Of a DNA stretch of 64,000 nucleotides, positions 61,967 to 64,000 are shown piece by piece. This DNA is from Azolla caroliniana (taxonomy: Eukaryota; Plantae; Polypodiophyta): positions 2,914,001 to 2,978,000 of the forward strand of contig JBHGNT010000014.1 in assembly GCA_043228905.1 (NCBI GenBank), read 5' to 3'. The position numbers and the translations under genes are program-made. The notes beneath the pieces were generated by a model, which saw only the letters and a program-made list of their open reading frames with translations, had not been told where the DNA came from and ran no database searches. Position 1 is the first letter of the stretch. Each line of letters begins with the position of its first letter.

Positions 61967-62058
61967 CAGTACTGTGTCGTGCCTTTCGGCTCCGGATCGT
62001 TTGCGTGAGTCGGGTGGGAACCACCGGGGTTTTGGACTAGGAGGAGGAAGAATTTGAG
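61883..62058. repeat. 176-bp perfect spacerless palindrome
   Basis: Centre ...acgaca cagt|actg tgtcgt... between 61970 and 61971; 88-bp arms. Confidence 0.95.
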
Positions 62059-62533
62059 ACTATTAAGAATATAAATATGTTGTAAGAAAGAGTTATAGCA
62101 AACTCGTGAATCCCACGAGTGTATTGTATTAGATTAATCAATATGAATATAAGAATATAAACTTCGGTTGAAAGAGAATGATATAGAATTCTCGTGAATC
62201 CCACGAGTATAGTTTATTAATTGGTGTTTTTTAGAAACATATCCAGTTTCCCAAATATTTCACACACAATTACATTGTGCTCCCCATCCTTATGTAGTGA
62301 TGAGGAAGTCTTAGTAATCCATGCTTTTTCTCTAACTATAGACCCCATGCTTTTCCTATAGATAGACTATATGCTTTATCTAAAGTGATCATGCTTTTTT
62401 TCTAACTTGTGCGTTTTTTATCATGCACGCTAGATGTGTATGTGTAGCTTTTTCTTTTGTTATGCGTTTTTCTAATGTTTATCCTAGCGTGAATTTACCT
62501 TTCTATGTGGGACATCTATGCTTTAACACTAAT

Positions 62534-62606
62534 GAAATGCTAGTGCAATGGTAAGACATTACATTATTAACATGGAGGTGCAAGGTTTGAATCTTGCCCT
62601 ATACAT
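62534..62606 (+). promoter_or_regulatory. tRNA-like Pol III A/B-box cassette in the LTR of element D
   Basis: tagtgcaatggt (62541) ... gcaaggtttgaatcttgc (62580-62597), TTTT at ~62617. Confidence 0.55.
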
Positions 62607-62759
62607 GTTCCATTTATTTTGCTATTTTCTTCTATTTCTTCATTTTTTATTGAATCTAATACTATATACGTTTTTCACGTAGTGTACAAAATACACTACG
62701 ACACTCACCCCCTCCAAACCCGCACATCCTCCGGTATGTGCCGAAGTTGTTGGTGTTTG

Positions 62760-63983
62760 TTAGTCTCCTCCGTCATCCTCCGTTTGTCCCGCTATGTCAA
62801 CTTTGTCTCTCCATTTTGAGTAGACCCATTCTTTCCACCCGAACCATTGTCGCCATCCGATCCACCATATTCTATGTTCGCTTTTTGCATGGCCCGCTTG
62901 GTCCTTGTCATCCGCGGTAGTATCTTTTCTTGCCCTCTTTCTTTTCTTCATCAATCTCGACTTCTTTTCGGATTTTCGGTTTAGTCGGATTAGCTTACTT
63001 CCGATTCGGTCTCGTCGGATCGTCTTTCGTTTAGTTCGGCTTCCTTTCCGATTTGTATTCGGTCGATCCGGACTCGGTTGATCGGTTTTTACCGATTCAG
63101 TGCTCTTTCGGGTCGGTTTCTTTTCTTTTCTTTTCGTCCGGATTTGCTTTCTTTTCTTCGTTTTCACCTGCCTTGTCCGGTTCGACTTTCGGCACTTCTT
63201 TCCGTTGTTTGCCACGTAGGTCCTCCGATATGTGCTCGTTGTTCGGTCCTCGTGTGGTTGTAATGCATGCTTCTTTTCTCGCCGTAGCGCGTGCTTCTTT
63301 ATTCGCCGTAGAGCGTGCTCTGTATTATGCGCTTCTCCCGTCGTAGACCCGACCTCCGCATTGTCGCACTTTCTTTTAGATTGGAATTTCGGATGGATCA
63401 TTTTCCATCCGAACCGACTTCCGACTTTACCTTCCTCGCCGCCATCTCCCGTCTCTCCGGTCTCACGTTGGTTCTCGGACACAACCGCCGAAGTCTCTAG
63501 ATATTGTTGGCATGAATCCTCGGTATTACCTTCTTTCGTAGTTTCACCCTTAGCATTCTTCTCGGCTATCTCTTCATCGTATTCGTCGGCTTCGACATTC
63601 GTTTTCTCTCCGCCACCTTCCGTCTCTTCGGTCTCACGTTGCCTTTCGATCGCAACCGCCGGAGTCTCTGGAATCAGTGGTGGGGAAGTCTCGATATGGC
63701 AATCCGCCATTGATTCGTCCATAGCCACCTCCGATTCGATTTCGTCTTTTGTGGCTACCTCCTTAATCACATCCGCTTCACACTCTTTATCTGCATCGAT
63801 TATGCAAACATCTATTATGCTTACCCCTTTTTGACCCGATGTCTCGGGCACTTGTATCCCGAAATTTCCTTCTACACTTGAATTATCGGCCTTATCCTTC
63901 GCCATCGTTCTTTCACAAGACGAGTGGGTGTCTTGTTCCACTCTTTCTCCCGTGGTACCATCATGTTGTATTTCGGCCTTCAT
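62760..63983 (-). CDS. Retroelement extra ORF of unknown function (acidic, then basic, then Trp-rich tail)
   Basis: 407-aa open frame immediately upstream of the PPT; paralog in element C; the frame may begin outside the window. Confidence 0.55.
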   Translation of the reverse strand: MKAEIQHDGTTGERVEQDTHSSCERTMAKDKADNSSVEGNFGIQVPETSGQKGVSIIDVCIIDADKECEADVIKEVATKDEIESEVAMDESMADCHIETSPPLIPETPAVAIERQRETEETEGGGEKTNVEADEYDEEIAEKNAKGETTKEGNTEDSCQQYLETSAVVSENQRETGETGDGGEEGKVGSRFGWKMIHPKFQSKRKCDNAEVGSTTGEAHNTEHALRRIKKHALRREKKHALQPHEDRTTSTYRRTYVANNGKKCRKSNRTRQVKTKKRKQIRTKRKEKKPTRKSTESVKTDQPSPDRPNTNRKGSRTKRKTIRRDRIGSKLIRLNRKSEKKSRLMKKRKRARKDTTADDKDQAGHAKSEHRIWWIGWRQWFGWKEWVYSKWRDKVDIAGQTEDDGGD

Positions 63984-64000
63984 ATTGGCTTCATCGTTTT

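Larger units (their letters stand above)
61975..64000 (-). mobile_element. 3' part of related LTR retroelement D: 3' LTR, PPT and extra ORF (runs off window)
   Basis: LTR 61975-62703, PPT (reverse of ctcaccccctcc) at 62704-62715, minus-strand ORF 63983-62760 homologous to 60279-61139. Confidence 0.82.

Noticed and set aside
61900-62040. Self-cleaving ribozyme (Penelope-like pLTR) in the palindrome
   Set aside because: GAAA tetraloop present, but no CTGANGA hammerhead core or other recognisable ribozyme consensus

Overview
Eukaryotic land-plant nuclear DNA. A non-seed plant, probably a fern, is inferred from the Tcn1-like and other non-angiosperm-type LTR elements. Left ~33 kb is genic: 3' part of a tandem CCCH (TZF) gene, a LINE remnant, a 7-exon plastid ClpR4 gene, two hAT-type MITEs, a 3-exon seven-transmembrane gene resembling the RGS1 7TM domain but ending in a coiled coil instead of an RGS box, a decayed spliced PHD-finger gene, and three intronless secreted legume (L-type) lectins with a non-canonical sugar site. 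Right ~28 kb is a nested LTR-retrotransposon stack. A chromovirus (Tcn1-like, minus strand) hosts a tRNA-Trp-primed Gypsy with a candidate -1 frameshift signal, a Copia carrying a younger antiparallel Copia of the same family, and a Tat-like LTR with an antisense coiled-coil ORF. After a 100-N gap, two related LTR elements are joined tail-to-tail in a 176-bp perfect palindrome, and their LTRs carry a tRNA-like Pol III cassette. All calls are by eye; no database searches were run.
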